NCBI RefSeq assembly: GCF_009914755.1
Contig: NC_060940.1
Source: the human T2T-CHM13v2.0 reference genome, Homo sapiens
Strand: one strand, 5' to 3'
Length of the DNA: 64,000 bases
Shown: positions 25,101 to 36,098 of the stretch, in pieces
How positions within the stretch are numbered: the stretch's first letter is position 1
Layout: each line of letters opens with the position of its first letter
The notes under the pieces: generated by a model
What the model saw: only the letters and a program-made list of their open reading frames with translations
Database searches by the model: none
Told to the model about the DNA's origin: nothing
Program-made: the position numbers and the translations under genes

Positions 25101-26437
25101 GATCTCTTCAAGGAGAACTACAAAACACTGCTGAAAGTCACACACCTACAACCATATGATATTTGACAAGGCTGGCAAGAACAAGCAATGGGGAAAGGAC
25201 TCCCTAGTCAATACATTCTGGGATAACTGGCTTGCCATAGGCAGAAGATTGAACCTAGACCTTTACCTTGCAACATGCCCCAAAATTAAATTTAAATGGA
25301 TTAAAAATTTAAGTGTAAGACCTCAAACTATAAAAATTCTGGAAGATAACCTAGGAAATATTTTTTTGACATCAGCCTTGGCAAGTCGTTTTTGGCTAAG
25401 TCCCCAAAAGCAATTGCAACCAAAACAAAAATAGACAAGTAGGACTTAATTTGACTAAATAGCTTCTGCACAGCAAAATAAACTATCAACAGGGGAAAGA
25501 GGCATCCTCCAGAATGGGAGGAGATATTCACAAACTATGAGTCTAACAAAAGCCTAATATCCAGACTCCATAGGGAACTCAAATCAACAAGCCAAAAAAA
25601 AAAAACCATTAAAAAATAAAAAATGGGCAAATGAGATGAACAGATATGCCTGAACAGAAGATATACAAGTGGCCAACAAACATGAAAAATTGCTCAGCAT
25701 CAGTAATTATCAGATAAATGCAAATCAGAACCACAATGAGGTACCATCTCATGTTAGTCAGAATGGCTATTACTAAAAAGTCAATAAATAACATGTTGGC
25801 AAGGCTGTGCAGAAAAGGAAACACTTTACGTCACTGGCAGGATTGTAAATTAGTTCAGCAATCGTGGAGAGCAGTCTCGAGATTTCTGAAAGAACTTAAA
25901 ACAGAACTACCAATTTACCCAGCAATCCTACAACTGGGTATATACCCAAAAGAAAATAAATCATTCTACCAAAAAGACATATGCACTTGAATGCATCACT
26001 GTGCTATTCACAATAGCAAAGATGTGGGATCAATCCAGATGCCCATCAATGGTATATTGGATAAAGAAAACCTGGTATGTATACACCATGGAATACTACA
26101 CAGCTGTGAAATATAATGAAATCATGTCCTTGGTATGAACATAGGTGGAACCAGAGGCCATAATTTCAAGCAAATTAATGCAGAAACAGAAAGCCAAATA
26201 CTGCATGTTCTTACTTATAAGAGCTAAACATTGAGCATATATGGACATAAATATGGGAACAGTAAACACGGTGGACTACTAAAGTGTGCAGAGGGGAGGG
26301 CAAGTTAATATACTACATATTGGTTGCTGTGCTCACTACCTATGTGCTCCAAACCTGAGCATTATACAATATTCCTACATAACAAATCTGTGCCTGTAAC
26401 CCCTGAATCTAAAATAAAAGTTGAAATTTTTTAAAAA

Positions 26438-28430
26438 GTCTTTTCACCTATGAACAGAAGATACTGTTCCATTTATTTGTACCTTTGATTTCTTACAGCA
26501 GCATTTTGAAAGTTTTTATTGTACAAATAGTTTGTCATCCTGGTTAAATTGATTCCAGAGCATTTTATTCTTTTTAATACTGTTGTTCATGGTATTGTTT
26601 TCTTAATTTCCTTTTCAGATTAATCATTATTGGTGTGCATCAATGCAACTGAGTTTTGTAAGTTAATTTTGTATCCTGCAACATTACTTAATTTGTTTAA
26701 ACTGTTTTGAGGTGTTTTTCTGTTTGTACAATCTTCAGAATTGTGTGCATACATGATTACTGTGAACAGAGATATTTCTATTTTATTCTTTTTAACATAT
26801 GCATTTTTGTCTTTATTTTATTTTTGTTATTGCTTAAGCTAAAGTTTTATATACTCTGTTGAGTGGAAGTGGTAAAAAAGAGGAACTATTTTTAGTTCCT
26901 GATATTAAGGGAAAACATTTTTTGTATTTCACTGTTGATTATGTTGTGTGTTTGTACCATGAATGAGTAATATCTTGTAGAATGCTTTTTCTGTGTAAAT
27001 TGAGATATTGTGGTGTTTAACAGTACTAATGCGGTATATTATGATTATTTGTTTATTTATTTATTATTTATTTATTTTTAGAGACAGGATATTATGATGT
27101 TGTTTAGACTGCTCTTGAACTCCTGGACTGAAGTGAACCTATCACCTTAGCATCCTGGGTAACTGGGATTACAGGCACAAGCCACTGTGCCTGGCTACAT
27201 TTATTGATATTTATATGTTAAAGCATCTTTGCACTTCAGTAATAACTCTCAATTAGTCTTGGTAGATAACCCTCTTATTATTCTGCTAAATATATTTTGC
27301 TAATATTTATTTTATAGATTTTATATTATTTATAAAGAACATTTTTCTTCAACTTTCTTTTCTTGTAGTGCTTTTGTTCATTTTTTATGTCACTGTAATT
27401 TTGGCCTACCTCATAGAATAAATTTGGAAGTGTTTCTGCATCTTCAGGTTTTTGCAAGAGTTTGAGGATAATTGGTAATTAATTCTTAAAATGTTTGATA
27501 GATTCAGCAGCATAACAGTTTTGTACTTTTTTTTCTGGAGGGGTGATTTTTGCATCAATCTGCAACTATAGGTCTGTTCAGATTTTCTATTTGTTCATGA
27601 CTCAGTGTCAGTACATTGTGTATTTCTACATATACATGTGTCGACTTTATCAACATTATTCAATTTCCTTGTGGTCTCTTAGAGACTTATTTAACAAGAT
27701 CTGAGGCATACAGTTCTTTCAGTTGTATTCTGCTACCATGTATTTATTCTGCTGTTGATGTAGTGGTTATGTGAGAGCTTAGGCAAAGCACTCTATTGAC
27801 TTATGCATTAGCCTCATTAAAACAAATCAAAACAAAACAGTGTATCCCTAGGCTGTGAATTTCATGAGGACTTCTCACTCTTTACCTCTCTTAACTGGAT
27901 CAAGAAGGTTAGAGGGGGATGGAATTGGGCATTTCTCTTACTCCAGGAAGTCTGGCTCTGGTAAAATCTCAGTTGGTTAGGCTTTTGATACATAGTTTAT
28001 ATTGAAGATAGGAATGTTAAAAAGAAAATTTTCTGGGAATAGTTAAAAATGGCTACATTTCCCTTCCTCCTACTGGAATCAAGAAGCATTTTTTCTATCA
28101 TCTTCCCTGTAAAAGCCATGTCATGTTTCTGAAAGTAAAGTTCATAAATTTGTATACCCTGAAAATGTTAATTCTCAAACTTTTAGCCATTCATCAATAA
28201 TGGTTTGTTTTCTTACAACTGTATTTGTTCCCATAGGGGTTTCTTGTGGTTTACTAACCAAGTAAGTTATAATTCTCTGGATGTGTGTGTCCTTCTGTCC
28301 AATTTGGGATGGTGATTTGCCCTGTGAACTTATTTTTCTGATAGATGTTAGGAGAATTGCTGGCCTATGTTTCCCTTTTTACTTTCGCTGATGCGAATGT
28401 CACCTTCTACGTCCTTACTTGCCAGGCTGA
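26438..28430 (-). mobile_element. Continuation of old antisense L1M fragments
   Basis: The antisense ORF2 text resumes (GTCTTTTCACCTATGAACA...TTCCATTTATTTG) where it stopped at about 19476. The distal part is more degenerate. Confidence 0.7.
27050..27196 (-). mobile_element. Alu monomer (FLAM)
   Basis: A T-rich tail followed by AGAGACAGG...CTTGAACTCCTGG...CTGGGATTACAGGCACAAGCCACTGTGCCTGGC. Confidence 0.85.
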
Positions 28431-28483
28431 CCAAAAGGAACTATCTTCATTTTTTGATGGTTGTCTCTATTTTTAATCCTAAA

Positions 28484-28485
<2 letters not shown>

Positions 28486-28529
<44 letters not shown>
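28486..28529 (+). repeat. (GT)22 microsatellite
   Basis: Perfect dinucleotide run. Confidence 0.98.
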
Positions 28530-28532
<3 letters not shown>

Positions 28533-28539
28533 AAATAAT

Positions 28540-28990
28540 ACAGTAAGAGGAAACCTGGGTGGTCCCTTTTCTGGTACCAGCAGCAGATTGAAACCATTCA
28601 AACCCCTGTCCATGGGAATAAATTCTCACCCTAGCATGCCACCTACCCTCAATAAAAATCCAGGCCTGGCTCCTTTTCTTGCACATTCAAGCCATGTCAG
28701 ATCACCTTGAAAGGCCTTCCTACTTACCTCACAAATGTAATTTATGTGAGTAGTAATTTCTTACCCTCTTAAAGCCACATCTTTGCAAGTGACTAACAAT
28801 TGGTGCCATGAGCAGACTGTTCAGACATTGCCCACCAACCTGAGGATCTGTCTTCTCTTGCTAAGTTGCTCTGCTGCTTAATGTCTGGCATGTACTTTGA
28901 CCTGCTGCTTCCGGAGGAGTTAGTGCTTTGAGCTGTGCCGCTCTGTTTATTGTTCTGCCAAATTTGTGAACTAAAAACTCAGACTTCCAC
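28540..28990 (+). mobile_element. ERV1 LTR 3' part (MER31-like), primer-binding site and start of internal sequence
   Basis: AATAAAAATCCAGGCC...CAAGCCAT...GTGACTAACA is followed at once by ATTGGTGCCATGA, a PBS-like TGG at about 28801. Confidence 0.6.
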
Positions 28991-29139
28991 ATTACAGGGG
29001 GAAATGACACAAATCGTGGGGTTTGATTCAAACATAATAAATCTTTAAATTTTTATCATGCAATATAGTCACAAACGAATGAATAAAACATTTATCATAA
29101 GTTTTAGTGATAATAATGAAAACATTCTTAGAATCAAGA

Positions 29140-29295
29140 TTTATTACATATATTTATAATATATATATAATTAATATATATAATATATAAATATATTTTA
29201 TATTATAAATATATATAATTATATATAAATATAATATATATTTATAATATTTTATATAGAAATATATATATTTATAATATAATTATATATATATT
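29140..29295. repeat. AT-only low-complexity (TA-rich) tract
   Basis: About 155 bp almost entirely A/T. Confidence 0.95.
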
Positions 29296-29606
29296 TTTTT
29301 TGCCCCCGCCGCCGCGGATTCTTGCCCCCGACGCCACGGCTTTTTGCCCCCTACGCCGAGGCTTTTTGCGGCTTTTTGCCCCCGCCGCCGCCCCTTTTTG
29401 CCGCCGCAGTTTTTTGCTCCCGCCACCGCGGCTTCTTGCCCCCGCCGCCGCGGCTTTTTGCGGCTTTTTGCCCCTGCGGCATTTTGCCCCCGCCGCCGCC
29501 GGTTTTTGCCGCCGTGGCTTTTTACCCCCGCCACCGAGGCTTTTTGTCCCCGCCGCCCCAGCTTTTTGCCCCCACCGCCGCCGCTTTTTGCCACCACCGA
29601 CGCGGC
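29296..29606. repeat. GC-rich ~22-bp minisatellite (TTTTTGCCCCCGCCGCCGCGGC)n, reading CAAAAAG on the other strand
   Basis: Roughly 14-15 degenerate units, some shortened to GCGGCTTTTT. Confidence 0.95.
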
Positions 29607-29757
29607 TCTGAGGGCGGGAGCGGCACACTCGGCTGCCGGCTCTACCGGCGTCCTTGTTCGGGCGGAGCCGAGGGGCGCTCCTGGTCCAGCTCTCCCGGCT
29701 CGGGGGTTCCTTGCCTAGGCGCCCGCGCCCCGAGCTCCCCGCCTTGGCCGCTGCGGC

Positions 29758-30008
29758 CTGCATAGAGCGGCGCTGCGCGTAGCGGCCAGGGGAGAGAAGA
29801 AGGAGGGCGGTGGCGGGGGTGATGCGGCGGCCTCTTTGGGAGGCGCAGGGGCCGCAGCCAGCCAGACGCTGCAGCAGTGTGGGCAGCTCCAGAAGCTTGT
29901 GGGCAGCTCCAGAAGCTTATCCGCATCTCCATTGGCAGCCTGAGCCGGTTGCGCAACAAGTGCGCTGTGTCCAAGGACCTCACCCAGCAGGAGATACGGA
30001 CCCTGGAG
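29758..30008 (+). pseudogene. KSR1: Duplicated, non-processed KSR1 exon 1 (pseudogene copy, not the functional gene)
   Basis: Translates [77 protein letters not shown], against KSR1 [77 protein letters not shown] (recalled). Both Met codons are lost (CTG, AGG). A 20-bp tandem duplication at 29879-29918 shifts the frame. The donor GTAAGG at 30009 is intact. Confidence 0.93.
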
Positions 30009-30832
30009 GTAAGGGGGTCGTGGACCCAGGCTGGGCTCGAGGAGCGGCCCAGACACCTCCCTCCGTGCCCGAGTTCACTCCTGGCCGAGTTGCATCCTTG
30101 AGCCCGAGTCGCCCCGTTGGAGGCTTCCCCTCCCTCCTGCACTCGCTGATGCGGCAGCCGGAGGACCCGGGACCAGCCCTCACCTTGGGCAGGATCTGTG
30201 GGGCGGGTGCGTCGTGGGAACTGGCAGGGAGGCTTGAGGGGCCCATGGGCGAGGTGGGCTGCGAGCGGACATCCCCTTACCCCCTGAATTTCCATCTGGT
30301 CCAGCCCTCTCATCTTGTGGGTGAGGAAACCGAAGGCCTGAGGGAGAACTGACTTGCCTGGAACCCCTGTTAAGGAGAATTAACAAAGTGTGGTTATTAA
30401 AGGAGCACTGAGTTGGGAGTGAGACCTGGAGGCCCACACCCTTGGTTAAGACATAATACCACCTTGAGTCTGGCCTGTTGACTGAGGGTGAGCCACTCCA
30501 TCCTCATCTGATTGTGGGGTCTTGACCTCAAGGGGTTGCCTGAAGGAAGAAGCACATGGGTTTGCTTTCCTAGCTCTGTCCAGTACCTTAGGGACCCTGA
30601 GGACTGGAGAGATTCTTGGAGAGCCATCTGGTGTATATCATGGGTGGGCCTTTTTTGAAGGTCAGTCTGCCCAGTGGGCTGGCTCAGCCCCAATGAACTG
30701 TCTTGAATCTTTGGAGTTGTCTGGGTACTTTTAAGGGCTTCTCATCCTTGCACCAAAAGATCCCCTGGAAATTAGGTGGGAAAACTTTAACTTTTGTGGG
30801 GCCTTGTGTTTGTCTTAAAAGTTCATGCACAT

Positions 30833-31098
30833 GGCCAGATGTGGTGGCTCACACCTGTTATCCTGTCCTGGATCCCTTGAGTCAAGGAGTTTGAGACTAA
30901 CCTGGACAATATAGTGAGACCCTGTCTCTACAAAAAATAAAATATTAGCCAGTGGTGGTTGTGCACATCTGTAGTCCCAGCTACTACTGTGGCTGAGGTG
31001 GGAGGAGCACTTGAGCCTGCACTGAGCTGTGATCTCAGCAGTGTACTCCAGCCTGGGCCACAGAGCAAGACCCTGACTCAAAAAAAAAAAAAAAAAAA
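30833..31098 (+). mobile_element. AluJ-type element with a short deletion in the left arm
   Basis: GGCCAGATGTGGTGGCTCACACCTGT...GGTGGGAGGAGCACTTGAGCC...CTCCAGCCTGGGC, followed by an A-tail. Confidence 0.9.
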
Positions 31099-31222
31099 CC
31101 AACAAGAAAAATACTTGAAGATTTTTGCATTCTGTCCCACTACCCATTGGTTGTCATGTGAAGATAATGTCAGAAATTCTTTACAATTGCTTCCAGAAGG
31201 AGTAGCCTTTTGATCTAGTGCA

Positions 31223-31408
31223 CAGGTGTCTTTTGGCTTCTCAGGGTCACATTGGAAGAAGAATGCTCCTGGGCCACATATAAAATACACTAATGCTAAC
31301 GATAGCTGATGAGCTTAAAAAAAAAAAAGGTTTGTGCATAATTTTCATGATACCCACCACCACAGATAGGTGGAAAAGTCCTTGTAGTCAAAGGGTTGGA
31401 CGCGGCTG
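31223..31408 (+). mobile_element. MER30-type hAT-Charlie MITE
   Basis: CAGGTGTCTTTTGGCTTC...CACATTGGAAGAAGAAT...AAAATACACTAATGCTAACGATAGCTGATGAGC...GGGTTGGAC. Confidence 0.85.
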
Positions 31409-31772
31409 ACCTAGTGTCTTGTCATCCGTTTTGGCTTTCTCCCTGATTCCAGAATGCAGGTATAGATGTAGAGACGTGCTCTCAGGACAGCTGTTGAGAT
31501 AAAAAATTCTTTGTCATTTATTCCCAAGCACAGCTGTTTGTCATTTGCATTGAAAAAGTCTCCATTCAAACTGCTGTCACATATAAAATCTATTTATGTA
31601 AGTCTGTATTTTTCTGTTGTCTTGGCCTTTTGGGCAGTAGAGTGTTTTAACCGAGCAAACTGTCCTTCCAAATAATGAAGTCGAAGTCAGCCTACCTGCT
31701 TGCCATTTTTCTTCCCCTTCCATTTTTCTAACTTCAGGATAATTGTAAGAATGAATTAAACTTTATGTTGAA

Positions 31773-31905
31773 GGCCGGGCACAGTGTCTCAGGCCTGTAA
31801 TCCCAGCACTTTGGGAGGCAGAGAGGGATGTATCACTTGAGCTCAGGAGTTGAAGACCAGCCTGGGCAACATACTGAGACTCCGTCTTGTAAAATTAAAT
31901 TAAAA
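31773..31905 (+). mobile_element. Alu left monomer (FLAM_C/AluJ-like)
   Basis: GGCCGGGCACAGTG...TGTAATCCCAGCACTTTGGGAGGC...CACTTGAGCTCAGGAGTTGAAGACCAGCCTGGGCAACATA. Confidence 0.88.
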
Positions 31906-32789
31906 TGTTTAAAAAGAAGAGAAAAAGACCTGTGTTTAAATTTTAAAAAAGGGGAAATTGTAATGCAAAATGTGGACTATGCCAGCTATGATTGGGAAAA
32001 ATAATTTTTCCTACAGCATTATCTGTAGACTTGTATTAGCAGCATACTGGTCATAAGCGTTTTGCTTTCCTCAAACATGATGAGGTAAGCTACTTTAAAG
32101 TGTGGTAGGGCTGTCTTCCACGTGGCTCCTGGTGGTGTTGAGTCCCAATTTAGCCAATTAATTTGGGTTTAGTTTTGATGTGGATAAGGGAGACCAGCTT
32201 CATTCATGGTGCACACACAGTTTTGCCAATAAGGGAAAAAAAAAGCAACCTGAATGTTCCTACTCATTAGATGCTATCTGGAGAGCTCCTACCCCACCCC
32301 CACCAAGGCCCAGACCCTTAAAAAGACTCAGTGCAGCCTTTCTGTATCTCATACTGTATTCTGCAAGATGCTCCTGTGAAAGAAAGTTGTGCTGCATCAG
32401 CCGTCTCCCTCCTGAAGATCCCTGCGGATGAGGATTTGTGTTTTAAAGGTTCTGAGAAGTCCTGCAATGACAGTCCTCAAACTTATTTGTCCAGGGGATC
32501 TTTTCTTCCACTGAACGTAGTTGGGGAGACACGGCCTTAAGCCTTGAGCAGAGAAAGAGACAAGAAGCTGTTGGCTCACTTACAACCAAGTGTTGTGTTT
32601 ATGTGTTAGGTTTTCATGAAACTGAGGTGCTGTTTGAGGTTCTAAATCAAATTGGGTGGTTGAGGAGAGCCTGGTATCCCTGTAGACTTAGCCAGCCATG
32701 AGAGGTTGCCTTTTGTTGAAGGAGGTATTTTACAAAGGGAAGTAGGATGTCTCCTGGGCATCACATTAGCACTTAAATATATGTATCAC

Positions 32790-35700
32790 TGAAATGAAAT
32801 GAAATGATGAAATGGTGAAATGAAATAATGAAATGAAAGGAAATGATGAAATGAAGGAATGAACTGATGAAATGAAATGATAAAATGATGAAATGATGAG
32901 ATGAAGTGAAATGGTGAAATGATGAAATTAAATGATGAAATGATGAAATGAAATGATGAAATGATGAAATGATGAAATGAAATGATGAAATGATGAAATG
33001 GAATGATGAAATGATGAAATGGTGAAATGAGATGAGGAAATGAAATGAAATGACGAAGTGAAATGATGAAATGAAATGAAATGATAAAATGATGAAATGA
33101 AATGAAAAGATGAAATGATGAAGAAATATGAAATGATGAAATGAAATGAGGAAATGAAGTGAAATGATGAAATGATGAAATAATAAAATGAAATGAAATG
33201 ATGAATTGATGAAATGAAATGATGAAATGAAATGAAATGATGAGATGAAAAGATGAAATGAAATGATTAAATGAAATGATGAGATGGAAAGATGAAACGA
33301 AATGATGAGATGAAATGATGAGATGAAATGATGAAGTGAGGAGATGAAGTGAAATGATGAAATGAAATGATGAAATGATGAAGTGAAATGATGACATGAA
33401 ATGATGAAATGAAATAATGAAAGGATGAAATGATGAGATGAAATGATGAAAGGAAATGAAATGAAATGATGAAATGAGGAAATGAAATGAAATGATGAAG
33501 TGAAATGATGAAATAATGAAACTAAATGAAAAGATGAAATGATGAAATGAAATGATGAAATGATATGAAATGATGAAATAAAGTGAAATGATGAAATGAT
33601 GAAATGAAATTAAAAGAAATGATAAAATGAAATGATGAAATTATATGAAATAATGAAATGATGAAGTGAAATGATGAAATGATGAAATGATGAAATAATG
33701 AAATGAAATGAAATGATAAATTGATGAATTGATAAAATGAAATGAAATGAAATGACGAGATGAAAAGATGAAATGAAATGATGAAATGAAATGACGAGAT
33801 GAAAAGATGAAATGATGAGATGAAATGAAATGACTAGATGAAATCATGAGATGAAATGGTGTAATGATGAGATGAAGTGAAATGATGAGATGAAATGAAA
33901 TCATGAGATGAAATGATGAAATGATGAAATGAATGAAATGAAATGAGATGAAATGATGAGATGAAATGATGAGATGAAATGATGAAATGAAAGGAAATGA
34001 TGAAATGATGAAACAAAATGAAATGAAGAAATGAAATGATGAAAGGAAATGATAAAATGATGAAATGAGATGAAATGTAATGGTGAAATGAGGAAATGAA
34101 ATGAAATGATGAAATGATGAAATGGAATGATGAAATGATGAAATGATGAAGTGATGAAATGGTGCAATGAAATGAGGAAATGAAATGAAGAAATGAAATG
34201 ATGAAGTGAAATGATGAAATGAAATGAAATGATGAAATGATGAAATGAAATGAAAAGATGAAATGAAGAAATGATACGAAATGATGAAATGAAATGAAGT
34301 GAAATGAAATGATGAAATGATGAAATGAAATGATGAGATGAAAAGATAAAATGAAATAAAATGATTAAGTGAAATGACGAGATGAAAAGATGAAATGAAA
34401 TGATATGAAATGAAATGATGAGATGAAATCATGAGATAAAATGATGAAATGATGAGATGAAGTGAAATGATGAAATGATGAGATGAAATGATGAGATGAA
34501 ATAATGAAATGAAAGAATGAAATGAAAGGATGAAATGATGAGATGAAATGAAAGGATGAAATGAAATGATGAAATGAGGAAATGAAATGATGAAACGAAA
34601 TGATGAAGTGGAATGATGAAATTATGAAATGAAATTAAAAGAGGAAATGATGAAATGATATGAAATGAAATGAAATGATGAAATGAAGTGAAATGATGAA
34701 ATTAAATGATGAAATGAAATGATGAAATAAATGAACTGAAATGATGATGAAATGAAATGACGAGATGAAAAGACAAAATGAAATGAAATGATGAAATGAC
34801 GAGATGAAAACATGAAATGATGGGATGTAATGAAATGATGAGATGAAATCATGAGATGAAATGATGAGATGAAGTGAAATGATGAGATGAAATGAAATCA
34901 TGAGATGAAATGATGAAATGATGAAATGCAATGATGAAATGAATGAAATGAAATGATGAAATGATGAAATGACATGAAAAGATGAAATGATGAAATGAAA
35001 TGATATGAAATGATGAAATAAAGTGAAATGATGAAATGAAATTAAAAGAAATGATAAAATGAAATGATGAAATTATATGAAATGATGAAATGAAGTGAAA
35101 TGATGAAATGATGAAATAATGAAATGAAATGATGAAATGATGAATTGATGAAATGATGAAATGAAGTGAAATGACGAGATGAAAAGATGAAACGGTGAAA
35201 TGAAATGAAGAGATGAAAAGATGAAATGAAATGATGAGATGAAATGAAATGACTAGATGAAATCATGAGATGAAATGGTGTAATGATGAGATGAAGTGAA
35301 ATGATGAGATGAAATGAAATCATGAGATGAAATGATGAAATGAATGAAATGAAATGAGATGAAATGATGAGATGAAATGATGAGATGAAATGATGAGATG
35401 AAATGATGAGATGAAATGATGAAATGAAAGGAAATGATGAAATGATGAAACGAAATGAAGAAATGAATAAATGAAATGATGAAATGAAATGATAAAATAA
35501 AATGATGAGATGAAATGTAATGGTGAAATGAGGAAATGAAATGATGAAATGATGAGATGAAATGAAATGATGAAATGATGAAATGGAATGATGAAATGAA
35601 ATGATGAAATGATGAAGTGATGAAATGGTGCAATGAAATGAGGAAATGAAATGAAGAAATGAAGTGAAATCATGAAATGAAATGAAATGATGAAAAGATG

Positions 35701-36098
35701 AAATGATGAAATGAAATGATATAAAATGAAATGATGAGATGAAGTGAAATGATGAAATGATGAAATAATGAAATGAAATGATGAAATGATGAATCGATGA
35801 AATGAAATGATGAAATGATGAGATGAAAAGATAAAATGAAATAAAATGATTAAATGAAATGATGAGATGAAAAGATGAAATGATGAGATGAAATGAAATC
35901 ATGAGATGAAATGAAATCATGAGATAAAATGATGAAATGATGAGATGAAGTGAAATGATGAGATGAAATGATGAGATGAAATGATGAAATGAAAGGATGA
36001 AATGATGAGATGAAATGAAAGGATGAAATGAAATGAAATGATGAAATGAAATGAAATGAAATGATGAAGTGGAATGATGAAGTGGAATGATGAAATTA
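32790..36098. repeat. 3.3-kb (GAAAT / GAAATGAT / GAGAT)n simple-satellite array with a ~1.42-1.47-kb internal duplication
   Basis: Purine-rich, nearly C-free top strand. Rare variants recur: ATTAAAAGAAAT at 33609/35041, GACTAG at 33832/35251, GGTGCAAT at 34161/35627 and ATTATG at 34621/36095. Confidence 0.97.

Noticed and set aside
29272-29765. Lys/Arg/Gly/Ala-rich histone-H1-like or Pro-rich ORFs
   Set aside because: These are translations of the 22-bp GC-rich minisatellite.
29758-30008. Functional KSR1 gene
   Set aside because: Start codons are mutated, a 20-bp duplication shifts the frame, and satellite DNA follows within 2.8 kb with no exon 2.
32790-36098. Canonical HSat2/HSat3
   Set aside because: GGAAT/CATTC is rare. 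The dominant units are GAAAT, GAT and GAGAT.
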